Part shown: positions 1 through 9,005 of the stretch, one piece after another | Layout: the number at the start of each line of letters is the position of its first letter | Numbering within the stretch: the first letter of the stretch is position 1 | Assembly: GCA_020160975.1 (NCBI GenBank) | Contig: JAIUPJ010000001.1 | Location: forward strand, 750,001 to 782,000 | Direction of reading: 5' to 3' | DNA from: Candidatus Saccharimonadota bacterium | GTDB lineage: Bacteria > Patescibacteriota > Saccharimonadia > Saccharimonadales > Saccharimonadaceae | DNA: 32,000 nt | Made by a program: the position numbers and the translations under genes | The notes under the pieces: model-generated | Told to the model about the DNA's origin: nothing | Database searches by the model: none | The model's input: the letters and a program-made list of their open reading frames with translations, nothing else

Positions 1-1682
1 ATAGGCAAGCGCAACAGCAGCTGGATGTGTGGCAACGATGGCTGACCATGTTTGGTTTGGAACACCACTACCATTACCCCACCACTTACTGTTACCGCCC
101 TGCAGTACATCCCATGTTTGCCAGACACCAGTTTGTACCGTACCGTTGTAGGCGGGTTCGTACACGTAGTAGGTCTGATCATTGGTCGTGGCGATGTCAC
201 CGTCGAGGTCTACGTAGAGAACATAGGCAGCGACTTGAATTGCGTTACCGGTAGAGGTTGCTTGTCGAAGTGTTTTGTATTTCATGGTGTCGATGTCGCG
301 AAGTGGGGTCGCGCCAGCATCGATGAGGCCCGAAACATAGCTTTCTTCATTGGGAGTAGAAAGGGTGAGTCCATCACTGGTGAACGTGTACGTACCAGCG
401 GTGCCTGTTGGCCATGCGTCAGCTTCTGGATACTGATACTTGTCAAAAGTCCAAGGTTGAATGTAGGTATTGTTTTTGACGGTACAAGTTGTAGGTGGAG
501 TCGCGTCCTTTCCGAAGGTCCAGGTGTAGCAACCGAACGTGAGCGAGTGAAGCACGCCATCGGCATAGACACCTGATCCAAGTGAGAAGCCAACTGCCAT
601 AACCTTTGCCTGTGGATACGCGGCGAGGTATTGATCGAGAGTGCCATTGATTGCTGAACCACCGCCACCTACGCGTGGGAGTCCAGGGAAAGCGTCAGCG
701 TTTTCCACAATTGAGGCGCTTGCCCACCAGTTACTTCCGTACGCGTTGGGCTCACCCACCAAGATACCGTCAGCAGTACCATCATTATTGAGGTCAACGA
801 CAATTTGGAGACCAGGGCTGAGGCCAAAGTTTGAGGAGTAGCTCATGCTAGGAACGCCTACTTGAGACAATGCATAAGGAGTGACTGACTTATAGAGCGC
901 TACCTTATCGGTACTCGTCTCGCCATCAGTCCAGATATGTAATCCATCGGCTGTGAATTCGTAATGACCCGTTGCTCGTGTATCTTGATAGGTATAATCA
1001 GCGAACTGTTTATACTGTGTGACCAGCGTAGTGCCGGCGCTCTGAGTACATGGTGTTATTACGGGGGTTTCGTCTGCTATGCATTGCGTCGCTGCGTCAA
1101 CGAGCGTGAGAGTAACTGAGGTCGCGTAATCTGCAAAAGTGTAAGCGGATGTTGACATCGAAAAGGTAATTGATTTCGAATTGTTTACCCAGAGTGATTC
1201 AGTTTTGGTCATGATTGCGGCATCATAGTCGGTTGTCGTGTAGGTATCGTTATTTGGACCACACACAACCACAGGCGTGATGGTTGGAGAGACTTTTTCA
1301 GCTGGAGTAACACATCCGTTATGATAGGTAGCTTGGCCTGCAAGATTCCAGTTGAGTCCTTCAAATGATTTAAACTCGTCGCCATCTTTGTAGGTAAATG
1401 GTGGGATGATATCACCCCATGGAGTAGTTGGATATACACCGATTGCACCATTCACAATGTTTGCTTCTCGATTCACTGCCGCAGACACAGCGATCTCTTG
1501 TGAGACATAGGGCTTAGTAGTTGAATCATCTTGGTGACAGACGTTAACCTTGTTGATGGGAGTACCTAGCGCAGGTACTTCAGCAGCATAGCTGGAGCAA
1601 TCGGTAATGCTGCGACGCTCGAGAGTGCGAGTAGAAGAGCTGCACTAAAACTCGAAATACGTTGATATAATTTATTGATCAC
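1..1682 (-). CDS. Secreted surface protein, 5' part only (continues beyond window start); frame is broken between signal peptide and mature region
   Basis: Own minus-strand translation gives a stop-free frame from 1644 down to 1, about 548 codons (...AEVPALGTPINKVNVCHQDDSTTKPYVSQEIAVSAAVNREANIVNG...QTWSAIVATHPAAVALAY). It is missing from the ORF track only because it has no in-window stop. SD GGGAGA (1694-1689), a 6-nt spacer and GTG at 1682 open a different frame. That frame encodes a textbook signal peptide, MINKLYQRISSFSAALLLALSSVAALPIAPA..., and stops at TAG 1568-1566. The first canonical start in the long frame is GTG 1488. Confidence 0.7.
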
Positions 1683-1787
1683 TGGATATCTCCCTTTTTT
1701 CGCAATAAACTTAATGAATTGTACGTATTTTACTCTTTGTCAACTTTATTGCAATTATGAGCATTATACTTTTCTCAGCGGCCGGAC

Positions 1788-1793
1788 TATACT
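1788..1793 (+). promoter_or_regulatory. -10 box TATACT, 6 nt upstream of the VIT-family ATG (leaderless-type promoter)
   Basis: TATACT at 1788-1793, then AGGGGT, then ATG 1800. The predicted +1 (7 nt after the hexamer) coincides with the A of the ATG. No properly spaced SD. Confidence 0.45.
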
Positions 1794-1799
1794 AGGGGT

Positions 1800-2519
1800 A
1801 TGGCAGAATTTGATAACACAAAATACGACCTTCCATCTGACATGGCGGGCAATAGTAAATTAAATGCACTTCGCGCAGCGGTGCTTGGAGCGAACGACGG
1901 TATCGTCAGCGTTTCGAGTGTCGCCATGGGTGTAGCAGGTGCGACGTCTGACACAAAAGCCATCACGCTAGCCGGTGTTGCGGCGCTCATCGCTGGAGCT
2001 CTCTCTATGGCGGTAGGCGAGTATGTGTCGGTCAGCAGTCAGAGTGATGCTGAGAAAGCGTACATAAAAGAAGAAACAAAAGATCTCGAAGAAAATCCCG
2101 AGATGGAGCTTGACGAGCTAGCTCGTGAGTACATGAAACATGGGCTGAGCGACACGCTTGCGCACAAAGTGGCTGCAGAGCTGACCGAAAAAGACGCACT
2201 GAAGGCACATCTCCGCATGCACTTCAATCTTGACCCAGATGACATCAACAATCCTTGGCATGCGGCGATTGCTTCATTTCTCGCTTTTACTGTTGGAGGA
2301 TTGGTGCCATTTCTCACTATCGTTCTCTTTCCTGTTGAAACGCGCATACCGGCGACCATCATAGCCGTGTTCGTATCGCTTATGGCGGTGGGCTATCTGA
2401 GCGCACACGTTGGCAATGCGGGCAAGACGCGAGCGGTTGCACGAGTCGTCATCGGCGGTATGGCCGCCATGGGTATCACGTATTTTGTTGGTGTACTTTT
2501 TGGTACTACCGTAGGATAA
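1800..2519 (+). CDS. VIT1/CCC1 family iron/manganese transporter
   Basis: 239 aa. N-terminal LNALRAAVLGANDGIVSVSSVAMGVAGA signature typical of the VIT family. Central acidic helical segment (EETKDLEENPEMELDELAREY). Hydrophobic C-terminal helices. Confidence 0.85.
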   Translation: MAEFDNTKYDLPSDMAGNSKLNALRAAVLGANDGIVSVSSVAMGVAGATSDTKAITLAGVAALIAGALSMAVGEYVSVSSQSDAEKAYIKEETKDLEENPEMELDELAREYMKHGLSDTLAHKVAAELTEKDALKAHLRMHFNLDPDDINNPWHAAIASFLAFTVGGLVPFLTIVLFPVETRIPATIIAVFVSLMAVGYLSAHVGNAGKTRAVARVVIGGMAAMGITYFVGVLFGTTVG

Positions 2520-2546
2520 TATAGCCATGAAACGTGGGCGGGCTTG

Positions 2547-3350
2547 ATGATAGCGAGAGAAGAAGGAGAACAGTTTCTTCATGTGTACAAGGGTGATATT
2601 GAGCGAGCAATTGCCGACTTACGTCGGATTGCCACTGAGAAAAAACAACAGATCTCTCGTCCGAAACGACCAATTTCCGAAGAAGTGGTTATACGAGTAA
2701 GTGGCTTAACAAAGTCGTACAGTGTCGGCAAGCAGCAAGTGAGCGCGCTCGGCGGAGTGAGTGTCGATATCCATAAAGGCGAATTCGTAGCACTGACAGG
2801 CGTGAGCGGCAGCGGAAAGAGTACATTGCTCCAGCTCATTGGTGGTCTCGATAAGCCTACGAGTGGCACGGTAGAGGTATATTCGCAAAATCTTTCAAAG
2901 CTTAGCGACCGTCATGTATCGGAATTTCGCAATCGCACAATCGGATTTATTTTTCAGTTCTTTTATTTGCAGCCATTTTTGAAGCTGCGCCAAAATTTGG
3001 AAGTGGCGGGTATTCCCCTGCGCACTAAGCCAGTGGACAGACGCAAAAAACTTGAATCGCTAGCCGAAGTGGTGGGTCTAGCGGATCGACTCGATCATTT
3101 TCCTAAGGAGCTTTCGGGTGGACAGATGCAACGAGCTGCTATTGCACGAGCTCTGCTCAATGATCCAAAGATACTTCTCGCCGATGAGCCCACCGGCAAC
3201 TTGGATAGTAAAAATAGTGCAGCTATCATCGAGTTGTTTGAAAAGATTCGAGATGAATTTGGCACGACGATTATCATTGTGACGCATGATGCAGCGATTG
3301 CGGCGCGTGCCGATAGGGAGATTCGGTTGAAAGACGGGGTGATCGCATGA
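2547..3350 (+). CDS. ABC transporter ATP-binding protein (MacB/LolD/FtsE-like)
   Basis: Walker A GVSGSGKST, signature LSGGQMQR, Walker B ILLADEPTGNLD, H-loop VTHD. The stop overlaps the next start (ATGA 3347-3350). About 50 aa precede the nucleotide-binding domain, so the start is uncertain (TTG 2544, ATG 2547 or GTG 2685). Confidence 0.9.
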   Translation: MIAREEGEQFLHVYKGDIERAIADLRRIATEKKQQISRPKRPISEEVVIRVSGLTKSYSVGKQQVSALGGVSVDIHKGEFVALTGVSGSGKSTLLQLIGGLDKPTSGTVEVYSQNLSKLSDRHVSEFRNRTIGFIFQFFYLQPFLKLRQNLEVAGIPLRTKPVDRRKKLESLAEVVGLADRLDHFPKELSGGQMQRAAIARALLNDPKILLADEPTGNLDSKNSAAIIELFEKIRDEFGTTIIIVTHDAAIAARADREIRLKDGVIA

Positions 3351-5251
3351 TTCGGCCGCTTGATGCGCTGCGATTGGCATCGACCAAACTGCGAACGCGT
3401 AAAATCCGAACGGGTTTTACGGTAGCGATTGCGGGACTGTTGTTTGGACTCGTCATGGCGGTGACACTTATTAGCGACGGTGTGTTTCAGAGTCTCGATC
3501 GGATGATGCAGCAGAGTATGACTGGCCGGTATATCATTAGTGGTACGCAGCCTTATGGCGATACCAGTCATATCTATCGTGATAAAGAGCTGATCTTGCA
3601 AGCACAAGCGGCGCACAAACTGCTCGTCGCAGAGAAAAAAGCTGAGGCAAAACGATTGGGTATCGAGTATAATCCTGCCAGTGACCCAAGTCCTGTCGAG
3701 ACTTATGACGGAGAGCAGTCACTTTCGTATACTAGTCCTATTGCACAAAAAATTATCGATGAAGCGCTATTAAAAACATCGCCGGCACCTACCCTTGCAG
3801 AGTTCCAGCAATTAGGGTCCAAATACCACGCTACCAAGTACTACCAGGTTGAGCCTCTGGTCGCAAAGGATGGCTCAGTAGTAGAAATGAAAGAGGGTAA
3901 AGAAGAGCTGGCTACTACCGACAACTCAAAAATACGCAACCAGAATGGCGCACCGGCTGATTTACAGGAAATGTCCTTGGTGCCATCACCGCTGCTATCA
4001 AGCTTTATGTTGCCTAATTATGCTTGGAAGCCCGAAAGTGGACACATTCCGGTTGTCGTCTCGCAAAAGCGAGCGTCCCAATTGGTGAATTTTCCAGCAC
4101 CAAAAAAAGAAGCACCGGCTGCTGAACGTCTCAGCTATATAAGTGAGCTTCGCAAAAAAGCTAGCGGTGCTACGTTTACTGCATGTTACCGCAATACTGC
4201 AAGTCACAGTGAAATTGCTCAGGCGCTTGTAACAGCCAAAGAGATGACTGCAAAGAAGAACGACGCTACCTACCAAAAACCTGCATACCTACTGGGTGTC
4301 CCTGACCCCAGCACGTGTGGACCTGCAGTTGTCGTGCAAGATAAGCGCACAGCGAGCGAAAAAAGCTACACGGATAAGCTGCAGCAATTTGATACAAAAT
4401 TCGGCCTCTACACACCGCCAGCTCAACAAAAAATTACGTATGAAGTCGTGGGAATTGCGCCAAATGGCTGGGCAGACTCCGACCAAAGCTTCTCGATGGG
4501 AATTAAAGACATCATTATGTCACTCCTCATGACGCAGTCATTCCGGTTTGCGGTACCTCAAGATTTGTATGTATCGCTGCCTAATAAGTCGAACTTAGAT
4601 ACCATCTTTACAACCACTACCTCGTCGACAAACATGGGTCCGATGCCAGCACCCTTCTATGCCGAATTTGACAGTGCCCTCGATGCGCGCGCCTTCGCGA
4701 AAGAGGAAAGTTGTCAGTATGGTGTGTCTGGTTGCGAACCAAAAACAAAACGCTTCTATTTGATGCCGTTTGGAAGCAATAGCATCGGCCTCGATGAGGC
4801 GAAAAAGGCTACGACGAAGGTATTGTTGTGGACGATTGCTGCTGTCGGGGCATTGGCCGCTATCATCGCGGGGCTGACGATTGGGCGAACAATTGCCGAT
4901 GGTAGACGCGAGACGGCGGTATTCCGTGCGATTGGGTTTAAACGTCTGGATATTAGTCAGATCTATACGACCTACACCTTACTGCTGTGTGTACGAATCA
5001 TCATCTTTTCGCAGGTGTTCGGCCTCGTGGCGGCGCTCGCAGTCCATCACTTCTTGTGGGTAGATACCACAAGTGAGGCTTCGCTGGCGCTGGGAGTATA
5101 TAGCGATAGTGCAACATTTAGCTATATTGGTATATCACCGACGGCACTGTATGTGGGCTTGGCGATTTTTGCCGCGGGATTACTAGGGATGATGATTCCA
5201 CTGGCGCGCAATGTGCGTCGCAATCCGATTGCTGATATGCGCGACGAATAG
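3347..5251 (+). CDS. ABC transporter permease, FtsX/MacB family, with a very large extracytoplasmic domain
   Basis: 634 aa. N-terminal TM (TGFTVAIAGLLFGLVMAVTLI), then roughly 440 residues without hydrophobic segments. C-terminal FtsX-type three-TM bundle (VLLWTIAAVGALAAIIAGL...RRETAVFRAIGFKRLDI...GLAIFAAGLLGMMIPLARNVRRNP). Translationally coupled to the ATPase. Confidence 0.85.
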   Translation: MIRPLDALRLASTKLRTRKIRTGFTVAIAGLLFGLVMAVTLISDGVFQSLDRMMQQSMTGRYIISGTQPYGDTSHIYRDKELILQAQAAHKLLVAEKKAEAKRLGIEYNPASDPSPVETYDGEQSLSYTSPIAQKIIDEALLKTSPAPTLAEFQQLGSKYHATKYYQVEPLVAKDGSVVEMKEGKEELATTDNSKIRNQNGAPADLQEMSLVPSPLLSSFMLPNYAWKPESGHIPVVVSQKRASQLVNFPAPKKEAPAAERLSYISELRKKASGATFTACYRNTASHSEIAQALVTAKEMTAKKNDATYQKPAYLLGVPDPSTCGPAVVVQDKRTASEKSYTDKLQQFDTKFGLYTPPAQQKITYEVVGIAPNGWADSDQSFSMGIKDIIMSLLMTQSFRFAVPQDLYVSLPNKSNLDTIFTTTTSSTNMGPMPAPFYAEFDSALDARAFAKEESCQYGVSGCEPKTKRFYLMPFGSNSIGLDEAKKATTKVLLWTIAAVGALAAIIAGLTIGRTIADGRRETAVFRAIGFKRLDISQIYTTYTLLLCVRIIIFSQVFGLVAALAVHHFLWVDTTSEASLALGVYSDSATFSYIGISPTALYVGLAIFAAGLLGMMIPLARNVRRNPIADMRDE

Positions 5252-5252
5252 T

Positions 5253-5258
5253 TATACT
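5253..5258 (+). promoter_or_regulatory. -10 box TATACT, 9 nt upstream of the GH5 ATG
   Basis: TATACT lies immediately after the permease stop (TAG 5249-5251). Nine nt follow, then ATG 5268. No SD. Confidence 0.4.
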
Positions 5259-5267
5259 GAGAAGATA

Positions 5268-6272
5268 ATGAAGAAGATGCGCGGGGTAAATTTAGGCGGC
5301 TGGCTGGTGCTCGAGAAATGGATGACACCGAGTCTTTTTGCGGGTACGACGGCGGTCGATGAATATACGTTTATGCGGACACCCGGTGCTCGAACTGCTT
5401 TGCGGGACCATCAAAAGAATTTTATCCGCGAAGAAGATTTCAAATGGATGCGTAGAAATGGCATCAATGCGGTGCGGATTCCCGTCGGATATTGGATCTT
5501 TGACGGTGATGATCCGTACGTAGCTTGCATTGGTCGACTCGACTGGGCCTTTATGATGGCCACCAAATATGATATCGAGGTATTGGTGTGCTTGCATGGT
5601 GCACCTGGCAGTCAAAATGGTCACGACAACAGCGGCCAGATCGGTACCGCCGCGTGGTATCGCAACAAGCAGTATCGGCAGCAAACCATTGAGATTCTCG
5701 ATCGGCTAGCCGAGCGCTACCGAGACCACCCAAAATTCTGGGGAATAGAACTGCTCAACGAGCCGCGAGTCGGCGTGGTGCAGTGGAAGCTTCGGCAGTT
5801 TTATAATCAAGCGTATAGACGATTGAAGAAAATCCTCATGCCGACAACTCATATCGTGTTTCACGATGCCTTTACGCCGCGCATGCTGAGTGCGGCTATT
5901 TGGGATAGCTCTGATCACCCGGTGACGATGGATATTCACTGGTACCATTTTACGTTTTGGGCACATCGTCTCACGCCCCTTCGTTGGTATTGGCAGTTGA
6001 TTGCTTGGCATGGAAGACTTGTCGGTGGATTGCAGCGCTGGCAGGGTGTCGTGGTGGGTGAGTGGAGTAATATGCTGTCGCACCAAGCGCTCAGTCGGCA
6101 TCCCTCTAAGCAGCACCAAGTACTACTTGATGAGCATTTGGCGCGTCAACTGGCTGCCTATCGGCATGCCGACGGATGGTTTTATTGGACATATAAAACT
6201 GAGCAGCGCGGCGATTGGCATTTTCGCTCATTGGTGGAAGATGGCCGTGTGCCGTACGGGTGGCAAGACTAG
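5268..6272 (+). CDS. Glycoside hydrolase family 5 (glucan 1,3-beta-glucosidase/cellulase-like)
   Basis: MKKMRGVNLGGWLVLEKWMTPSLF N-terminus, acid/base ELLNEP, nucleophile VVGEWS. No signal peptide. The ORF-track start 5211 lies inside the permease gene, so ATG 5268 is preferred. Confidence 0.8.
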   Translation: MKKMRGVNLGGWLVLEKWMTPSLFAGTTAVDEYTFMRTPGARTALRDHQKNFIREEDFKWMRRNGINAVRIPVGYWIFDGDDPYVACIGRLDWAFMMATKYDIEVLVCLHGAPGSQNGHDNSGQIGTAAWYRNKQYRQQTIEILDRLAERYRDHPKFWGIELLNEPRVGVVQWKLRQFYNQAYRRLKKILMPTTHIVFHDAFTPRMLSAAIWDSSDHPVTMDIHWYHFTFWAHRLTPLRWYWQLIAWHGRLVGGLQRWQGVVVGEWSNMLSHQALSRHPSKQHQVLLDEHLARQLAAYRHADGWFYWTYKTEQRGDWHFRSLVEDGRVPYGWQD

Positions 6273-6283
6273 CCACACGCGCG

Positions 6284-6289
6284 TATACT
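6284..6289 (+). promoter_or_regulatory. -10 box TATACT, 7 nt upstream of the pyk ATG
   Basis: TATACT 6284-6289, then GAGTGTA, then ATG 6297. No SD. Confidence 0.45.
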
Positions 6290-6296
6290 GAGTGTA

Positions 6297-7724
6297 ATGA
6301 ATACAATGTTTAAACGCACCAAAATTTTGGCAACCATTGGGCCTGTCACGAGTAGTCCGGAAAAAATCAAACAACTTATTGAAGCGGGAGCTAATGGGTT
6401 TCGACTTAACTTTAGCCATGGTTCGCACCAGGAGCGCAAAGAGCAGATTGAATGGATCCGCGCCGCCAGTGCTGAGCGAGGCCGTCCAGTAGCAGTGCTC
6501 CAAGATTTGCAAGGTCCAAAGATTCGATTGGGTGTGCTCAATGACAACCAGCAGCACGTCAAACAAGGCGACGTGATTACTCTTGATTATGCCTTGGAGA
6601 CCCACGATGGACTCACTATGCCCGTCCAGTACGACCTAGCGAGTAAGGTGAAACCAGGTGAAACGATCTATCTTTATGACGGTAATATTCGCACCACGGT
6701 CGATTCGATTGTGTCTGAGACGGCCGTAAAACTTCATGTTGAGAATGACGGAACCCTGATGAGTCGTAAAGGTATCAATTTACCCGATACTGATTTTGGT
6801 GGTGATATTTTGACCGAGAAGGATCTAAAAGACATTGAATTCGGAGCTTCACAGGACTACGACTATGTTGCGCTGAGTTTTGTGCAGAGCGCTGAGGATA
6901 TCGAGAGCCTGCGCCAGATTTTGCTTGGGCATGGCAGCGATGCACATATTATCGCCAAGGTGGAGACAAAAGCGGCGATCAAACCAGGCGTGCTGGAAGA
7001 AATTGTAAAAGCTAGTGATGGGGTAATGGTGGCGCGTGGTGATTTGGCAGTTGAGGCTGGTGCAGAAGTGGTGCCGATTGTTCAGCGTCAGATTATTGCG
7101 CTGTGCCGCAAGCACGGCAAGCTAAGTATCGTGGCCACGCAAATGATGGCTAGCATGGTAGATGCGCCGGAGCCAACTCGTGCTGAAGTGAGCGATGTTG
7201 CCACGGCGACTGTTCAGGGGGCTGACGTGGTAATGCTCAGTGACGAAACGGCCAACGGTAATTATCCGGTAGAAACAGTGACTGCGATGAAAAAGACGAT
7301 TATGTATACCCAGGAGAACTGGCCGGTCAGCGATACTGGTTCGCGCGTGGTAAAGAGCGGATTTGAATCGCTTAATGCCATATCTCAAGCGGCGGTTAAT
7401 ATAGCAGAAGAGATCGGCGCGAGTAATATCGTTGCCGAGACAAAATCTGGTGCTACAGCAGCAAGTATTGCGGCTTGTCGGCCGCATATGCCAATCGTGG
7501 CAGTCACGAGTCAGGCGCGCACCGCGCAGCAGCTAGCTCTGAGCTATGCGACTCGTAGTTTCGTTCGTCCTGATGGCGACAAGGCGGGTGTTGGTCTTGC
7601 AAAAGAATTGTTCGAGCAGAAATATTTTGGTGATATCGATAGCATGGTCAGCGTGATTGTCAGTGGTCGCCAGCCCGGTGTAGTGGGGGCTACTGACACG
7701 ATTCGGGTACGAGTGATAGAATAG
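6297..7724 (+). CDS. pyk: Pyruvate kinase
   Basis: 475 aa. RTKILATIGP, RLNFSHGSH, LQDLQGPKIR, MVARGDLAVE, and ATQMMASM (cf. typical ATQMLESM). Confidence 0.95.
   Translation: MNTMFKRTKILATIGPVTSSPEKIKQLIEAGANGFRLNFSHGSHQERKEQIEWIRAASAERGRPVAVLQDLQGPKIRLGVLNDNQQHVKQGDVITLDYALETHDGLTMPVQYDLASKVKPGETIYLYDGNIRTTVDSIVSETAVKLHVENDGTLMSRKGINLPDTDFGGDILTEKDLKDIEFGASQDYDYVALSFVQSAEDIESLRQILLGHGSDAHIIAKVETKAAIKPGVLEEIVKASDGVMVARGDLAVEAGAEVVPIVQRQIIALCRKHGKLSIVATQMMASMVDAPEPTRAEVSDVATATVQGADVVMLSDETANGNYPVETVTAMKKTIMYTQENWPVSDTGSRVVKSGFESLNAISQAAVNIAEEIGASNIVAETKSGATAASIAACRPHMPIVAVTSQARTAQQLALSYATRSFVRPDGDKAGVGLAKELFEQKYFGDIDSMVSVIVSGRQPGVVGATDTIRVRVIE
7714..7722 (+). promoter_or_regulatory. Extended -10 (TGaTAGAAT), 9 nt upstream of the pgk ATG, inside the 3' end of pyk
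   Basis: TGATAGAAT 7714-7722, nine nt, then ATG 7732. Confidence 0.4.
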
Positions 7725-7731
7725 GCGACGT

Positions 7732-8964
7732 ATGGGTGGGAACTTCTACAAATTATCGATGAACGACGTGCCACTTCGCGGCAAGACGGTATTGGTACGA
7801 GCAGACTACAATGTGCCGCTCACAAAAGACGGTGAAGTTGATGATGATTACCGGATTCGAATGAGCGTGCCGACGATTCAGAGATTGCTCGATCAGGGCT
7901 GTCGCATTGTCGTCGTGAGTCATTTGGGACGACCTGACGGTAAGAAAGATGAGCGGTATACCCTAGAGCCTGCAGCAAAGCGGCTCGCAGAGCTGTTGAA
8001 ACAACCTGTGAGATTTATTGATGACTGTGTCGGCCACAAGGTCTACATGGCAGTCAAGCGTGCACCAAAATCAAGCGTAACTGTGCTTGAGAATCTTCGA
8101 TTTTATCCTGGCGAGGAAGCAAATGATATGGAATTTGCGCGCCAATTGGCAAAACAAACGCGCGCCGACTATTTCGTCCAAGATGGATTCGGCGTGGTGC
8201 ATCGTGCACACGCGAGTACGAGCGCCATCACAGCTTTTTTGCCGAGTGTGGCGGGGCTACTGCTCGAGCGTGAATATATGACGATCACTTCGGCGATGAA
8301 GCGCCCCAAACGACCGCTTGTAGCAGTGATGGGCGGGGCTAAGGTGAGTGACAAAATTGGCGTGATTGAGCGAATGGTGGACGTAGCAGACGGTATTGTG
8401 CTTGGCGGCGCACTGGCGAACACGATGCTAGCGCACAACGGCGCTCGAATGGGAAAGAGCAAGATTGAGCCGGGTCAAGACGAAGTGATTGAGCGAATTT
8501 ATGCAAAAGCCCGTCACAAGTTGGGAACAACGAATTACGACACGTTACTACTTCTGCCAGATGACCTTGGTGTCGGTACGTCACTTGAACCATCGGCCAC
8601 GCGTCGGGATGTCGGTGCTCGGGCGGTAGGCAACGATGACTATGCGCTTGATATTGGCCCACAGGCGACGACACACATGCTAGCGGTGATTGAGACTGCC
8701 GCAACGGTGATTTGGAATGGGACGCTTGGTATGTGTGAAATTCCGGCATTTCGCGCGGCATCGGAAGCATTGGCTGCAACATTGGCAGAAGGCCGGGCTA
8801 CTTCTATTATTGGCGGCGGTGATACGGCTGATTTCGTACTGCATTGGGACAAACAAGCTGGCAAGAGTTTTACACATGTCAGCACAGGCGGTGGCGCCAG
8901 CCTCGAACTGATGAGCGGTCTTACGTTGCCGGGTATCGAATGTTTGCTCCCGGGCAAGAAATAG
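7732..8964 (+). CDS. pgk: Phosphoglycerate kinase
   Basis: 410 aa. GKTVLVRADYNVPL, SHLGRPDG, GGAKVSDKIGVI, and C-terminal STGGGASLE. Confidence 0.95.
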   Translation: MGGNFYKLSMNDVPLRGKTVLVRADYNVPLTKDGEVDDDYRIRMSVPTIQRLLDQGCRIVVVSHLGRPDGKKDERYTLEPAAKRLAELLKQPVRFIDDCVGHKVYMAVKRAPKSSVTVLENLRFYPGEEANDMEFARQLAKQTRADYFVQDGFGVVHRAHASTSAITAFLPSVAGLLLEREYMTITSAMKRPKRPLVAVMGGAKVSDKIGVIERMVDVADGIVLGGALANTMLAHNGARMGKSKIEPGQDEVIERIYAKARHKLGTTNYDTLLLLPDDLGVGTSLEPSATRRDVGARAVGNDDYALDIGPQATTHMLAVIETAATVIWNGTLGMCEIPAFRAASEALAATLAEGRATSIIGGGDTADFVLHWDKQAGKSFTHVSTGGGASLELMSGLTLPGIECLLPGKK

Positions 8965-9005
8965 CGTACACTGTTGATAGAAAAACATAAGCATTATTCT
9001 AATCT

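Noticed and set aside
1683-1799. Possible Mn/metal riboswitch (yybP-ykoY type) upstream of the VIT-family transporter.
   Set aside because: The -10 box sits 6 nt from the ATG, leaving no 5' UTR. The 117-nt divergent region is AT-rich promoter-like sequence without the paired-helix architecture. A TTGACA on the minus strand probably serves the 1682 gene.
2517-2549. TAATAT box followed by a 6-codon mini-ORF (ATG 2527, MKRGRA) whose TGA overlaps the ABC ATPase ATG 2547. Possible leader peptide.
   Set aside because: The ATG is only 4 nt from the putative -10 box, too close for the usual start site. The peptide has no informative composition, so the evidence is too thin to call.
3347-3350. Possibility of an alternative genetic code (UGA as sense, as in some CPR lineages).
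   Set aside because: TGA terminates conserved proteins at their expected C-termini (ABC ATPase, DUF218, rsmA). ATGA/GTGA overlaps behave as stop/start junctions. All three stop codons are used, consistent with code 11.
5211-5267. Upstream extensions of longest-ORF calls: 5211, 13239 (TTG), 16612 (TTG), 18050, 19260, 24227, 26219 and 29777.
   Set aside because: The extensions overlap the preceding gene or run through promoter or repeat sequence. A downstream start with an SD or a -10 box gives a sensible N-terminus, such as MKKMRGVNLGG, MILIDTHCH or MRKNKSG|FTLIE.
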